Positions 9,793 through 20,037 of a stretch of 64,000 nt of DNA are shown here, piece by piece (the stretch's first letter is position 1; the number at the start of each line of letters is the position of its first letter). This DNA is from Bdellovibrionota bacterium. GTDB lineage: Bacteria; Bdellovibrionota; UBA1018; CAIPTA01; JAALKR01. The notes below the pieces were generated by a model. It made no database searches, was not told the DNA's origin, and saw nothing but the letters and a program-made list of their open reading frames with translations. A program made the translations under genes and the position numbers. The stretch is from assembly GCA_965207455.1 (NCBI GenBank), contig CBDBMJ010000003.1, forward strand, positions 320,001 through 384,000, given 5' to 3'.

Positions 9793-9811
9793 AAGTAGTA
9801 CTCGTTCCGAC

Positions 9812-10810
9812 TTAAAAATTCTCATCAAAGCGCACTTCGCCAGTAATATTCGTCTGATAGGCAGAAACACGCCTTTCAAAGAAATTTGCTAACTCTTGGG
9901 TGTCTTGAAGTTCCATAAAAGAAAAAGGATTTCTCACATTGTATTGACGAGGAATATTTAAACGATCCAATCTCAGGTCGGCCACATATTGTAAATATGT
10001 ACGCATGTCATTCGAGCTCAAACCCGCTAACCCTTGATCCAAAACATCATGGGCAAAAATCATCTCACAAGCAATGGCTTCTTCCATCATAATACAAATC
10101 TGTTGTTTCACGGCATCGTCCATCAGATCCGGCTCTTCTTGTAGTGCCACCTTAATGACTTCAAAAGCAAATTCAATGTGACAACTCTCATCCCTAAAAA
10201 CCCAATTGGTTCCTGTGGCAAGCCCGTTGAGCAATCCCTTGGAACGAAGGAAATAAACGTAGGCAAAAGCGGCAAAGAAGAACAACCCCTCAATGATCCC
10301 TGCAAAGCAAATAAGGTTCATTAAAAATCTTCTGCGATCCTCTTTCGTCCGTATGGCTCGCAAATCATTAATGGAATCCATCCAATGAAAACTAAATGCT
10401 GCTTTTTTAGAAATGGAAGGAATAGTATGAACGGCTGCAAACGCCGCTTCTCGTTCCTTTGGATCTGAAATATAATTATCCAAAAGAGTTAAATAAAACT
10501 GAACATGGAGAGCCTCTTCATACAATTGTCGGGAGAGGTATAGGCGCGCCTCTGGAGAATTGACATGTTGGTAAAGATTTAAAACTAAATTATTACTAAC
10601 AATGGAATCCCCTGTGGCAAAAAAAGCCACCAAACGGTGAATAAGAAACTGCTCAGCTGGCTTGATCTTGGAATGCAGATCAATAAGGTCTGAACTAAAA
10701 TCTACCTCTTCCACGGTCCATGTATTTTTAATGGCATCCTTGTACATCTCAAAAAACTGAGGATATTTCATGGGCCTTAGGGTAAGTGAAAAACCTGGAT
10801 CTAAAATCAT
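9812..10810 (-). CDS. nrdB: Ribonucleotide reductase class Ia beta subunit
   Basis: FFATGD, EEALH..Y, EGLFF, RDESCH, NFFERRV. Confidence 0.96.
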   Translation of the reverse strand: MILDPGFSLTLRPMKYPQFFEMYKDAIKNTWTVEEVDFSSDLIDLHSKIKPAEQFLIHRLVAFFATGDSIVSNNLVLNLYQHVNSPEARLYLSRQLYEEALHVQFYLTLLDNYISDPKEREAAFAAVHTIPSISKKAAFSFHWMDSINDLRAIRTKEDRRRFLMNLICFAGIIEGLFFFAAFAYVYFLRSKGLLNGLATGTNWVFRDESCHIEFAFEVIKVALQEEPDLMDDAVKQQICIMMEEAIACEMIFAHDVLDQGLAGLSSNDMRTYLQYVADLRLDRLNIPRQYNVRNPFSFMELQDTQELANFFERRVSAYQTNITGEVRFDENF

Positions 10811-10820
10811 ATATCTTCTC

Positions 10821-13280
10821 CTATTGACAAGCTTCGCAGGATTCAGGATTTTCCAGTACGCAAACTTCTTGTTCCGTGGGTGTGATTTTTTTCGACGGCT
10901 CCTGGACCGTAACCTTTGAAATTCTTGTGGCAGGTCGGGAGCGTAAATAATAAGTGGTCTTTAACTCCTTTTGCCAAACATACATATACATGCTGGAAAG
11001 TTTTTCAATGCTTGGACTCTCTATAAAGAGGTTCAGCGACTGACTCTGATCCACGTATGGTCCTCTGGCTGCTGCCATGTCGATAAGATTTTTTTGAGGA
11101 ATTTCCCAAGTGGTTCTAAAAATATTTTTAAGACTCGTTGGTATCTCCTCAATACCTTGAATGGAACCCTCGGATGCTTTAATTTTCTCACGAATCGTGT
11201 TGTTCCAGAGGTTTACTTTTTTAAGCTCTTTTACCAAATGGTGGTTAATCTGAATGAACTCTCCAGAAAGGGTTTCCCGTTTAAAATAGTTAGAGATTTG
11301 AGGTTCAATGGATTCATATACACCCGCTATGGAAGCAATGGTTGCGGTGGGTGCGATGGCAATGAGAAGGGAATTTCTTAGACCGTATTTTTCTATGTCG
11401 GCCTTTAGTTTTTTCCATCGCTTGGCAGTGGAGGCGTGGTGCTGTTTGTCTTCTGATGACCAAAGATCAAATTGTAATTGCCCAAGACTTGCCCGTGTTT
11501 TGGAAAAGGCATCGTGCGAGCCACTCACCTTGGCTAAATTACAGGAAGTGAGAGTTGCATGATAATAAATTTCTTCCTGTATCTTTACAGATAACTCCCG
11601 AGCCTCTTCACTATCAAAGGCCCAACCCATTTGGAAAAAAACATCCTGCAAGCCCATAAGACCCAAACCCACCGGTCGCCATTGACTGTTGGAGTTCTTG
11701 GCAGAATCGATAGGATAAAAATTAATATCAATTACCCTGTCTAAATAAGTAACTGCTGTCTTAACCGTTTCTCCCAGTTTTTTAAAATCAAAGGCTAGGC
11801 TACCATCAGAAGGATCCCGTTTTACGTGACGGCTCAAGTTGACAGAACCCAAGTTACAAACTGCCGTTTCTTTCTGAGAAGTAACCTCTAAAATTTCTGT
11901 ACATAAATTGGAAAGATGAATAACATTTTCGCTATTTAGCGTCTGGTTAGATTTTCGGTTACTTGCATCTTTAAAATTCATCCAGCCATTACCCGTCTGT
12001 GCTAACGTTTTCATCATACGGCTATAGAGATCTCTTGCCCGAACCTGCCTCACATATTTTTTCTCTTTTTCCGCTGCCGTGAAGGCCGCTTCAAATTCTT
12101 CACCATACATGTTCACAAAATCTGGCACTTCTTTGGGGTCGAAGAGAGACCACATGGCATTATCCCGCACTCGCTTCATAAAAAGGTCGGAAACCCAAAG
12201 GGCAAGATTTAGGTTGTGGGTCCGCTGGGCTTCGTCGCCCGTATTGTCCCGTAACTGCAAAAATTCTTCCACATCGGAATGCCAGTTTTCAATATAAACA
12301 CAGGCAGCACCTTTTCTCCTACCACCTTGATTAACGGCAGAAATGGAAGAGTCTAAAATCTTTAACCAAGGAATGAGACCATTGGACTGACCATTTGTTC
12401 CCTTAATTAAAGACCCTCGAGAACGTATCTGAGAGAAGGAAACCCCGATGCCTCCAGCAAACTTGGAGAGAAGAGCTATCTCTTTGTACTTGTCGTAAAT
12501 ACTCTTAAGACTGTCTTCGGGAGAATCCAAAAGATAACAAGAGGATAACTGAGTACGCCTCGTTGCGGAATTAAATAGAGTGGGAGAACTGGGCAGGTAA
12601 TCTAAATTGGAAATAAGATCGTAGAAACCCTTTGCTTCCTTAAAGTCGTTTGCCAAACCGCACGCCACACGCAAAAAGAAATATTGGGGCGTTTCCATTA
12701 CTTGTCTTGTTCTCGGATGTCGTAACAAATAACGATCATAGATAGTCTTTAAACCAAAGTATTCAAAAGATTCAGTGCGGGAATTATCCACAATAATAGA
12801 AAACGCCTCTTTATTCTCTCGAATCAACTGAAACTTTTGATCTGAAATGAGCTCCTCTCTATGAGCCAACACAATATAATCAAAAAAGGTATGTATTTTT
12901 TGATTGCGAATTTCCTCGGAAATATAACGACTCAATAAACGCGCTGCCAACTTAGAGTAATTGGGCTCTTCAGAAATTAAAAACGATGCCGTTCGTATGC
13001 ACAACTCATCTAATTCCTTGGTGGTAGCACCATCATACAAACCGCTAATAGCTTTTGTGGCCACTCTCATGGGATCCACCTCGGCTAAACCTGTGGAGGA
13101 CGCTAAAACCACATTAATAATTTTATTTACATCCACGGGCTCAAGAGTGCCGTCTCGTTTCATTACCCGCATGATCTTATGGGTATGAGTCTCTCCCGTG
13201 GGCAGAGGAGTGGCTAGTGTGGTTGGAATGTGCTTTAACTCTTTCGTTGCTTCTGTTCCATGAGGCTGAGTGATCTCCAT
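10821..13280 (-). CDS. nrdA: Ribonucleotide reductase class Ia alpha subunit with ATP cone
   Basis: KRDG ATP cone, SPTLFN, SSCYL, SNLCTEI, APTA, KTTYY, C-terminal CEACQ. Confidence 0.96.
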   Translation of the reverse strand: MEITQPHGTEATKELKHIPTTLATPLPTGETHTHKIMRVMKRDGTLEPVDVNKIINVVLASSTGLAEVDPMRVATKAISGLYDGATTKELDELCIRTASFLISEEPNYSKLAARLLSRYISEEIRNQKIHTFFDYIVLAHREELISDQKFQLIRENKEAFSIIVDNSRTESFEYFGLKTIYDRYLLRHPRTRQVMETPQYFFLRVACGLANDFKEAKGFYDLISNLDYLPSSPTLFNSATRRTQLSSCYLLDSPEDSLKSIYDKYKEIALLSKFAGGIGVSFSQIRSRGSLIKGTNGQSNGLIPWLKILDSSISAVNQGGRRKGAACVYIENWHSDVEEFLQLRDNTGDEAQRTHNLNLALWVSDLFMKRVRDNAMWSLFDPKEVPDFVNMYGEEFEAAFTAAEKEKKYVRQVRARDLYSRMMKTLAQTGNGWMNFKDASNRKSNQTLNSENVIHLSNLCTEILEVTSQKETAVCNLGSVNLSRHVKRDPSDGSLAFDFKKLGETVKTAVTYLDRVIDINFYPIDSAKNSNSQWRPVGLGLMGLQDVFFQMGWAFDSEEARELSVKIQEEIYYHATLTSCNLAKVSGSHDAFSKTRASLGQLQFDLWSSEDKQHHASTAKRWKKLKADIEKYGLRNSLLIAIAPTATIASIAGVYESIEPQISNYFKRETLSGEFIQINHHLVKELKKVNLWNNTIREKIKASEGSIQGIEEIPTSLKNIFRTTWEIPQKNLIDMAAARGPYVDQSQSLNLFIESPSIEKLSSMYMYVWQKELKTTYYLRSRPATRISKVTVQEPSKKITPTEQEVCVLENPESCEACQ

Positions 13281-13332
13281 TTTATTTTTTTCTCCTGTAG
13301 GTAATCTGTTTTCTTATTTTGTATTACTGTAA

Positions 13333-13360
13333 ATTATAGTTTGTGCTGGTAGACTGTCAA
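13333..13360 (-). promoter_or_regulatory. Sigma70-type promoter of nrdAB
   Basis: Minus strand TTGACA-16 nt-TATAAT, 53 bp upstream of the nrdA start. Confidence 0.65.
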
Positions 13361-13561
13361 GCAAAAGAAAAAGTGAATGTCGATTAAGAAACAAGCGTCA
13401 AAAATAACGAACGAAAGCCTGTGCAGATGGCACGCTGAGATAAATATTTTTCATTTAGAGTGGCTTCTCGTGAACTTTTTGCACAACATAACGCCACACC
13501 CTTAGAGTAGCAAAGCCCCATGACCTTTCCTAGAAAAAAATCCAATGAAAGAACTTGTTAG

Positions 13562-13589
13562 TTGACCGACCGTGGCTTGTCGGTATGAT
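13562..13589 (+). promoter_or_regulatory. Possible sigma70 promoter of the trypsin-like gene
   Basis: TTGACC-16 nt-TATGAT; RBS aaggagg follows before ATG 13657. Confidence 0.4.
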
Positions 13590-13656
13590 CTATATATATA
13601 TATTATAAGAAAGTGAGAGTTGCGTTGTGTAACTTTCATAATCAAGGAGGTTTACA

Positions 13657-14556
13657 ATGATTCTATTACGATCCGTTCTATTTTTTCTTTTTGTCTCGCT
13701 CACAATAAGCACACAGGCACGAGCTTTCCCCCAGGCACCCTTTAATGCACTTGGGTCTTCGCACGAGATAGTCTCTAGCCTAGCCTCAGTTGTCGCACTG
13801 GACTCGTCCGCTGATATCTACGATTTTAACGGCATTGTGAGACTATCCAACTGTAGTGGATTTCTAATAATGTTCGAGGGACAACCCTCTTCGTCAAACG
13901 CGCTGGTCCTCACAAACGGACACTGCTACCGCCGTTTTATCCGAGCCGAAGCAATCGTTCTCAACCAACCCTCCCGACGCACCATGCGAGTTAGTGACGC
14001 TAACAAGCGCTTTCACACCGTACGCGCAACCACTGTTGTATACGCCACAATGACGGGAACCGATGTACTCCTCTACCGACTAAAAGAAACATACGATGAG
14101 CTTGCCACTAAAAACATCACCCCGCTAATGCTAAGTCCAGTACGGCCTCAGCCCAACGCGGCCATTCAAATTATCTCCGGCTACTGGAAAAGAGGATACT
14201 CCTGCTTCATTGATGGCTTTGTCCATAAACTTTTGGAGGCCTCTTGGGAGTTCTACGATTCTTTGCGCTATAGCACAAAGGGTTGCGACATTATTGGCGG
14301 CACCAGCGGATCCCCCGTTATTCTCAAAGGAACGCGACAGGTGGTTGGTATCAATAATACCCTTAATGAAAATGGCCGACGGTGTAACATGAATAATCCC
14401 TGCGAAGTTGATGAAGACGGGAACGTAACCGTGGATCATAATCGAGGCTACGGACAACAAACCTATATATTTTATTCCTGCCTAGATTCCGACTATGAAA
14501 TAGATCTCACGCTGCAAGGATGTCAACTCGCTAAAGGTGCCTCTTCTCTAGAGTAA
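13657..14556 (+). CDS. Secreted trypsin-like (S1) serine protease
   Basis: Signal peptide; CSG, LTNGHC, TDVLLY, GGTSGSP. Confidence 0.88.
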   Translation: MILLRSVLFFLFVSLTISTQARAFPQAPFNALGSSHEIVSSLASVVALDSSADIYDFNGIVRLSNCSGFLIMFEGQPSSSNALVLTNGHCYRRFIRAEAIVLNQPSRRTMRVSDANKRFHTVRATTVVYATMTGTDVLLYRLKETYDELATKNITPLMLSPVRPQPNAAIQIISGYWKRGYSCFIDGFVHKLLEASWEFYDSLRYSTKGCDIIGGTSGSPVILKGTRQVVGINNTLNENGRRCNMNNPCEVDEDGNVTVDHNRGYGQQTYIFYSCLDSDYEIDLTLQGCQLAKGASSLE

Positions 14557-14568
14557 ATAGAAAAAGCA

Positions 14569-15366
14569 ATGCCAAACAATCAAAACTCTTTGTTTGAGGG
14601 GGATTGCCTAGACGTAATGGGCGCATTCCCCGATCAATCTGTGCACATGATCCTGAGCGACCTCCCTTACGGAACCACCCAAAACAAATGGGATTCTATT
14701 ATCAATCTCGACAAACTATGGTGCGAATACAAAAGAATTATTAAGCCAAACGGCGCCATCGTACTCACCTCACAGGGACCCTTCACTGCCAAACTCATCC
14801 TCTCCAACGAGGCTTGGTTTAAATATAAAATCGTCTGGGAAAAGTCCAAAGCTACAAATTTTTTGAACGCCAAAAGACAACCCCTGCGAAAGCACGAAGA
14901 CATTTGTATTTTTTATAAAAAACAACCCACCTATAATCCACAAATGCAAGACGGCGCCCCCTACGACAAAGGTAGGAGAAAAGAACAACTCTCAGGTAGC
15001 TACGGCGACTTCGATTCCTGTCATGTGAAAAGCACTGGCGCACGTTATCCCGTGGATATTGTTTATTTTAAAACGCCAGAAAGCGAGCCAGAGAAAACGG
15101 TTTGGCATGCCACGCAAAAACCAGTTGCCCTAGGCCGCTACCTAATACGAACATTTACAAATCCCGGCGACCTGGTCCTCGACAACGCCTTTGGCAGTGG
15201 AAGCTTTTTAGTTTCTGCCCACTTGGAAAAGAGAAACTACTGCGGGATAGAAAAAAACCAAGAAGTTTGTCGATTTAAAAAAGAACCCATTGACTATATC
15301 TCTGTTGCGGAGAAAAGACTGATGCAGCACGGCGACTCTCCCAGTATTGTTCGTAGCCATAAATAG
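14569..15366 (+). CDS. Orphan beta-class N4/N6 DNA methyltransferase
   Basis: GDCL, DLPYG, HATQKP, VLDNAFGSGS. Confidence 0.9.
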   Translation: MPNNQNSLFEGDCLDVMGAFPDQSVHMILSDLPYGTTQNKWDSIINLDKLWCEYKRIIKPNGAIVLTSQGPFTAKLILSNEAWFKYKIVWEKSKATNFLNAKRQPLRKHEDICIFYKKQPTYNPQMQDGAPYDKGRRKEQLSGSYGDFDSCHVKSTGARYPVDIVYFKTPESEPEKTVWHATQKPVALGRYLIRTFTNPGDLVLDNAFGSGSFLVSAHLEKRNYCGIEKNQEVCRFKKEPIDYISVAEKRLMQHGDSPSIVRSHK

Positions 15367-15546
15367 AAATTGCGACAAGCGTCGCGTTAAAAAATATTCT
15401 GTAAAAGCAAAGTTATCTAAAAGATGCATTGCATTTAAATAAAATTCAATACTGCGCAAAAAAAGATTGACGTACTGAGCTTTTTTCTTTAAAAGAATCA
15501 CAGTTAAGCAATAATGCTTAACATTAACAATAAAGGAGAATAGAAA

Positions 15547-16125
15547 ATGAAAATAAAAAATATAAACATTATGTACTTAGTATGCGCACTTACTATGCCA
15601 GTACTAGCCGAGGCTAATTATTATGATCTGGAGGATGCTTTTTATAAAGCGGGAACAGTATCTAAAGAAGAAGTTGTTGGCTGGATGGGTGGGCGATGCT
15701 TTCCTGCAAATAATCCATATCATTCTGAAAACTCATTACTGGTTGGAAGTCCCGTTCGGTATAGTAATGATGGTCCCGCATTTGGAGGAACGCATCACTT
15801 TATGATGTGGCATGCCATAAACTACGGTCCAACCTATTATGATTACATGTCTTCGCGTGAGATAGCAGGAGTGAAAAGGGTTGTGAATTGGGTTTTTAAT
15901 AACACTCAGAATCCATCGAGACAAAGTGATGGGAGCCTTACTGTCCATTTTTATTCAGACTACACTCATAATGGTCGGAACCACTATGTTAGTAATTCAG
16001 TGTACTCACTTAGAAAGGGATCAGTGGCAGGATCAAAAACGTCCTACCTTATTGCAAAACTGGATCTTAAAAACCTCCCTTCTAAATATTGCTACCAGTT
16101 TGAGCAAATTCGAAGCTACTACTAG
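15547..16125 (+). CDS. Secreted hypothetical protein
   Basis: RBS aaggag, signal peptide, 192 aa, followed by a terminator. Confidence 0.7.
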   Translation: MKIKNINIMYLVCALTMPVLAEANYYDLEDAFYKAGTVSKEEVVGWMGGRCFPANNPYHSENSLLVGSPVRYSNDGPAFGGTHHFMMWHAINYGPTYYDYMSSREIAGVKRVVNWVFNNTQNPSRQSDGSLTVHFYSDYTHNGRNHYVSNSVYSLRKGSVAGSKTSYLIAKLDLKNLPSKYCYQFEQIRSYY

Positions 16126-16146
16126 TCCAATCGAGTCGTTTCAATG

Positions 16147-16178
16147 AAAACCCCCCTCCCATGGTGAGGGGGGTTTTT
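16147..16178 (+). terminator. Rho-independent terminator
   Basis: aaaacccccctc-ccatggt-gaggggggttttt. Confidence 0.75.
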
Positions 16179-16197
16179 CTAGCCGGGGGGAATAAGA

Positions 16198-17088
16198 ATG
16201 GCGCACAAAAATAATATAGTAAACAATCTCGGGTTTCGCTCCATTCTATTTTTCCTTCTTGCCTCGCTTACTGTAAGCATACAAACACAAGCGTTTCCCC
16301 ATTCGCCTGGTGATCGCTTCAAAGATGTATGGCCGAAGAAGTGGGCCACAAAAGATAACTATAATTTTAATGGTATCGTGAGTATTGCATACTGTAGTGG
16401 ATCTTTAATAATTTTTGAGGGGCAGCCTCGCTCATCAAACGCACTGGTTCTCACAAATGGACACTGCCACAAGAATGATATTGCACCCCAAGAAGTGCTT
16501 GTGAATCAACCATTAAAACTCACCATGCGGGTGGGTAATGCCAACAGGCGAACCTACTCCGTGCATGCAACTACTATTGTATACGCCACAATGACGAAAA
16601 CTGATGTACTGCTCTACCGATTAAAAGAAACATACAATGAACTTGCCGCTAAAAACATCACCCCTCTAGTGCTCAGTCCATTCCGACCTCAGCCCGGATC
16701 AGAAATTGAAATTATCTCTGGTCTCTGGAAAAAAGGATACTCCTGCTCCATTGATGGTTTTGTCCATAAACTTTTAGAAGGAAACTGGGAGTTCCAAAAC
16801 TCCTTACGCTACACTCGACCGGGCTGCCACACTACTGCCGGCACCAGTGGCTCCCCCATTATCCTCAAGGGAACACGACGGGTGATTGGTATTAATAATA
16901 TTTTGAATGCGCCTGGCCTACCATTGGCTAGCGAGGTTGCGGAGGATGGAACCGTCACTGTGGATAGGAATAGGGGCTACGGGCAACAAACCTATATATT
17001 GTATTCCTGCCTGGACTCTGATTATAAAATAGATCTTACGCTGCAGGGATGTTGGCTCAATAAACCGAATAAAATCAGATACTTATAA
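16198..17088 (+). CDS. Secreted trypsin-like serine protease, paralog of 13657-14556
   Basis: LTNGHC, TDVLLY, AGTSGSP; long identical blocks with the first copy. Confidence 0.88.
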   Translation: MAHKNNIVNNLGFRSILFFLLASLTVSIQTQAFPHSPGDRFKDVWPKKWATKDNYNFNGIVSIAYCSGSLIIFEGQPRSSNALVLTNGHCHKNDIAPQEVLVNQPLKLTMRVGNANRRTYSVHATTIVYATMTKTDVLLYRLKETYNELAAKNITPLVLSPFRPQPGSEIEIISGLWKKGYSCSIDGFVHKLLEGNWEFQNSLRYTRPGCHTTAGTSGSPIILKGTRRVIGINNILNAPGLPLASEVAEDGTVTVDRNRGYGQQTYILYSCLDSDYKIDLTLQGCWLNKPNKIRYL

Positions 17089-17175
17089 ATAACCGACAAA
17101 ATATATATACATTGACATATCGTCGCATAATTTAGTGTATAATTACATTGTTATAATTGTCCTAGGAGGTCTTCA

Positions 17176-18719
17176 GTGTTCAGAGAAATAGTTCGTACTT
17201 TTGTAATTCTAATAATCATATTCTTTTCACTCACTCCATCTTTTGCTCAAACAGCAAAGGCCGAAGCAACTGTCGCATTAAAGAAAGCTTATGGACCTTG
17301 GTACAAGTATCACGAGGTGGGGAAGGCTCTCCTGTGCAAAATTGGTATTGAGCCTGGGACTTCAAACTCTGGTTTATCTTCTCCAGACACAAGCAAAATT
17401 AAAAAAGAAGTAAAGAGATTGTCAGGAAAAGAAGTACTCTCGGTTGATTTTCATAATACAGTCCAAGAATATTCTGGCGGGTATGAGAAAAGCGTCCATC
17501 TATCGCTTCAGCATTCTCACCCCTTAAGCATCAATATTGTTTCTGAGTTTGATTCCTCTGGTGTACAGAGTTCTACTCCGTATTCGATTCTAACTGTGAT
17601 TTCGCCGGTGCCACGATCTGGGAATACGACGATCAAAGAAAAAAGGTTCTTACAAATTTTGATTCAACCGGTAATATTGCTCAAATCATTTACACAAACA
17701 GAGAGGCACTCTCGCTTGAAGAAATTTATGGCAATAATAAACATCACAGGTCATTTAGCGAGTTAGCCGAGGTTGCTACAAGAACTGATCGTATATTGGT
17801 CACAATATTCGATACAGGCGTAGACTATAATCATCCCGATCTTGCGTACAAAATCCATAATATGCCTATTGATAAATTGACAAGAGAATCAAATAAACAA
17901 AAGGAAAATATACTTGAAAGTGAAATACAAAAGCTGCAATCTACGGGTGAGCACGAATCTAAATTAGCAGACCTTTATAAAGAACTTCAAAAAATTAGTG
18001 TCGGGTGGGACTTTAAGGATAAAGACAATAAACCCTATGATTACGCCTTCGATTTCGCCTCCCTCTCTCACGGTACCCCCATTGCTGGTATAGCATCTAA
18101 AGAAAGTGATGACATCTCAATATTGCCCATAAGACTCTCATTTTCTGAAGCAAAAATATTTTATAAAGCAATTGAATTAGCTCATAGCAGGGGTTCGAGG
18201 ATTGTTAATATGAGTTTTGGAGGCTTTGATAAAGATAGTGATAATATGAAGTTTCTAGACACTGCGATGAAAGATAACCCTGATATGCTTTTCGTTGTTG
18301 TTGCAGGAAACGACGGCGAGGACCTGGCTAATAGACCTACATATCCAGCGGCTTCTGATTACTCGAATGTGATTGTTGTGGCATCCGTTGACGAGAATAA
18401 TGAGCTCTCAGATTTTTCAAGTTATAATAAAACTATGATTGATATTGCCGCTCTTGGTAGAGATGTGCTTTCTCCTGAACCTGGAAATACTTATAATAAA
18501 CGATCTGGAACTTCCTTTGCAGCACCTCAAGTTACTAGAGTTGCCGCTAAAGTAAAATTTATTAATCCAGATTTAACTCCAGAACAAATTATTGCCATCA
18601 TTAGAGATAGCGTTACCCCAATAGAATCCTTAAAAGATACGGTTACGTTTGGTGGTGTTCTTAACGAAGAAAAAGCAATAGAGTTAGCTAAAATGACTTT
18701 GCAACAATCTCCGTCATAA
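17176..18719 (+). pseudogene. Secreted subtilisin-family (S8) protease, frameshifted near 17570
   Basis: Signal-peptide ORF in frame 1; frame 3 open from ~17570 (EFYSVFDSN...) into DTGVDY, HGT, AGND, SGTSFAAP. Confidence 0.8.
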
Positions 18720-18840
18720 TGCGCCTCACCAATACAATGCCCTGCAAAATGCCATGCTATCTGAGCCACAAATGTCTGTTAAAGAATAAGAACAAAAAAT
18801 CTTACTATACTACTGACCCCATGATTAATTGGAAAATTGA

Positions 18841-19968
18841 TTATGGGGTTGGACTTATCACTTTTGGACTGAACTTTTTCTCTAAAATAACATTCACAAC
18901 AGAGCTCACTGCAATTAATAACAGCACAACGCTTGCCAGTTCTTTAGAAATAATTTCTTTTTCTATGGCGTAGATCGCACCCACGATGCCAAAGCTCAAT
19001 CGATAGTTAAACAGTATGCCGCCGTACAGAGGGAAATCTTTATCTTTCTTAAAAATAAAGGCAATGGAGTACTGTGTGGCTAGCTGTTTAGAAATAAACG
19101 CCACAGAGCCTAGTATTAAAAAGAGTAGAACGGAATGGCCGGTGAGAGAATCAAAGACAATTAAAGTGCCTGCATGAAAAAAGAATAGGGGAGCGAGGAG
19201 GCTATATACCACTGCTGATAATTTTGCAATAATCTCCTCATGCTCTGGATCTATGTCGGATAGGGTCATCCCCAGCAAAAAAGCAACAATTGCGCCATGG
19301 AGTCCGGCGCCTTCTGCAATCAATCCAATCACAGGCAGGAGCAATAGTATGGTCTTTAGTTCCAGCTCGGCACGGTTGCCCTGGTATTTATTAAATACAA
19401 AGATAATAATTTTTTTAGAGAACCAGAAAATGGTGGCTAGGCCCAGTAAAAAGATAGCGTTTTGAATTGTATATTCAAAGAGAGTGACTCCGAGAACAAG
19501 CATGGATAACATATCCACCACCATGGCAGCACCAAGAAATATTTGTCCCTGCAAACTATGGAGGGTATTCCTGTCCCTTAAAATCATAAAAATTATAGCC
19601 AGTGATGTTGTGGACAAGCAAGCCCCAATAACAAGACTCTGTTTTACGGTAAGCCCGATAAGCAAACAAGTAACTGTTAATAATAAGTAAGGAACAAAAA
19701 AGGAATTGCACCCAATGAATAGGTTCGCTTTCAGATTTTTTTTAAGAATTTTTATATCTATCTCAAACCCGGCCAAAAACATAATGGAGAGCAAGCCCAG
19801 CTGGGAAAATAGTTCCATCCAACCTGTCTCATCGGAGCTAAGAAAAGCGCCGCCAATAATGCCAGCAATAAATTCACCGACGGCAACGGGAAGGGAAAAT
19901 TCCAGGCACACAAAGCCAGAACTGACGATAAGTAAGGGAACTAATAATTGTTTAAAACTCATCCACAT
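18841..19968 (-). CDS. Cation:proton antiporter (CPA2/KefB-like)
   Basis: Multi-TM; GEFIAGII, MFLAGFEID, STTS, AAMVVD, PLFF. Confidence 0.85.
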   Translation of the reverse strand: MWMSFKQLLVPLLIVSSGFVCLEFSLPVAVGEFIAGIIGGAFLSSDETGWMELFSQLGLLSIMFLAGFEIDIKILKKNLKANLFIGCNSFFVPYLLLTVTCLLIGLTVKQSLVIGACLSTTSLAIIFMILRDRNTLHSLQGQIFLGAAMVVDMLSMLVLGVTLFEYTIQNAIFLLGLATIFWFSKKIIIFVFNKYQGNRAELELKTILLLLPVIGLIAEGAGLHGAIVAFLLGMTLSDIDPEHEEIIAKLSAVVYSLLAPLFFFHAGTLIVFDSLTGHSVLLFLILGSVAFISKQLATQYSIAFIFKKDKDFPLYGGILFNYRLSFGIVGAIYAIEKEIISKELASVVLLLIAVSSVVNVILEKKFSPKVISPTP

Positions 19969-20037
19969 GGAAGAAATCCCCTCGTTACTTCTATGTTTCC
20001 ACAGTCGGGGTGAATAGAAAACAAAAAAGAATTTTTT

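Noticed and set aside
13499..13510. 12-mer cccttagagtag, also at 51281-51292, as a shared regulatory site or NrdR box
   Set aside because: Not palindromic, poor match to the NrdR consensus, only two copies; may be chance
14569..16125. Restriction-modification pair (MTase plus downstream ORF)
   Set aside because: The downstream protein has a signal peptide and its own RBS, and no nuclease motif is visible
17112..17143. TTGACA...TATAAT promoter upstream of the S8 gene
   Set aside because: The spacer is 20 nt, too long to call
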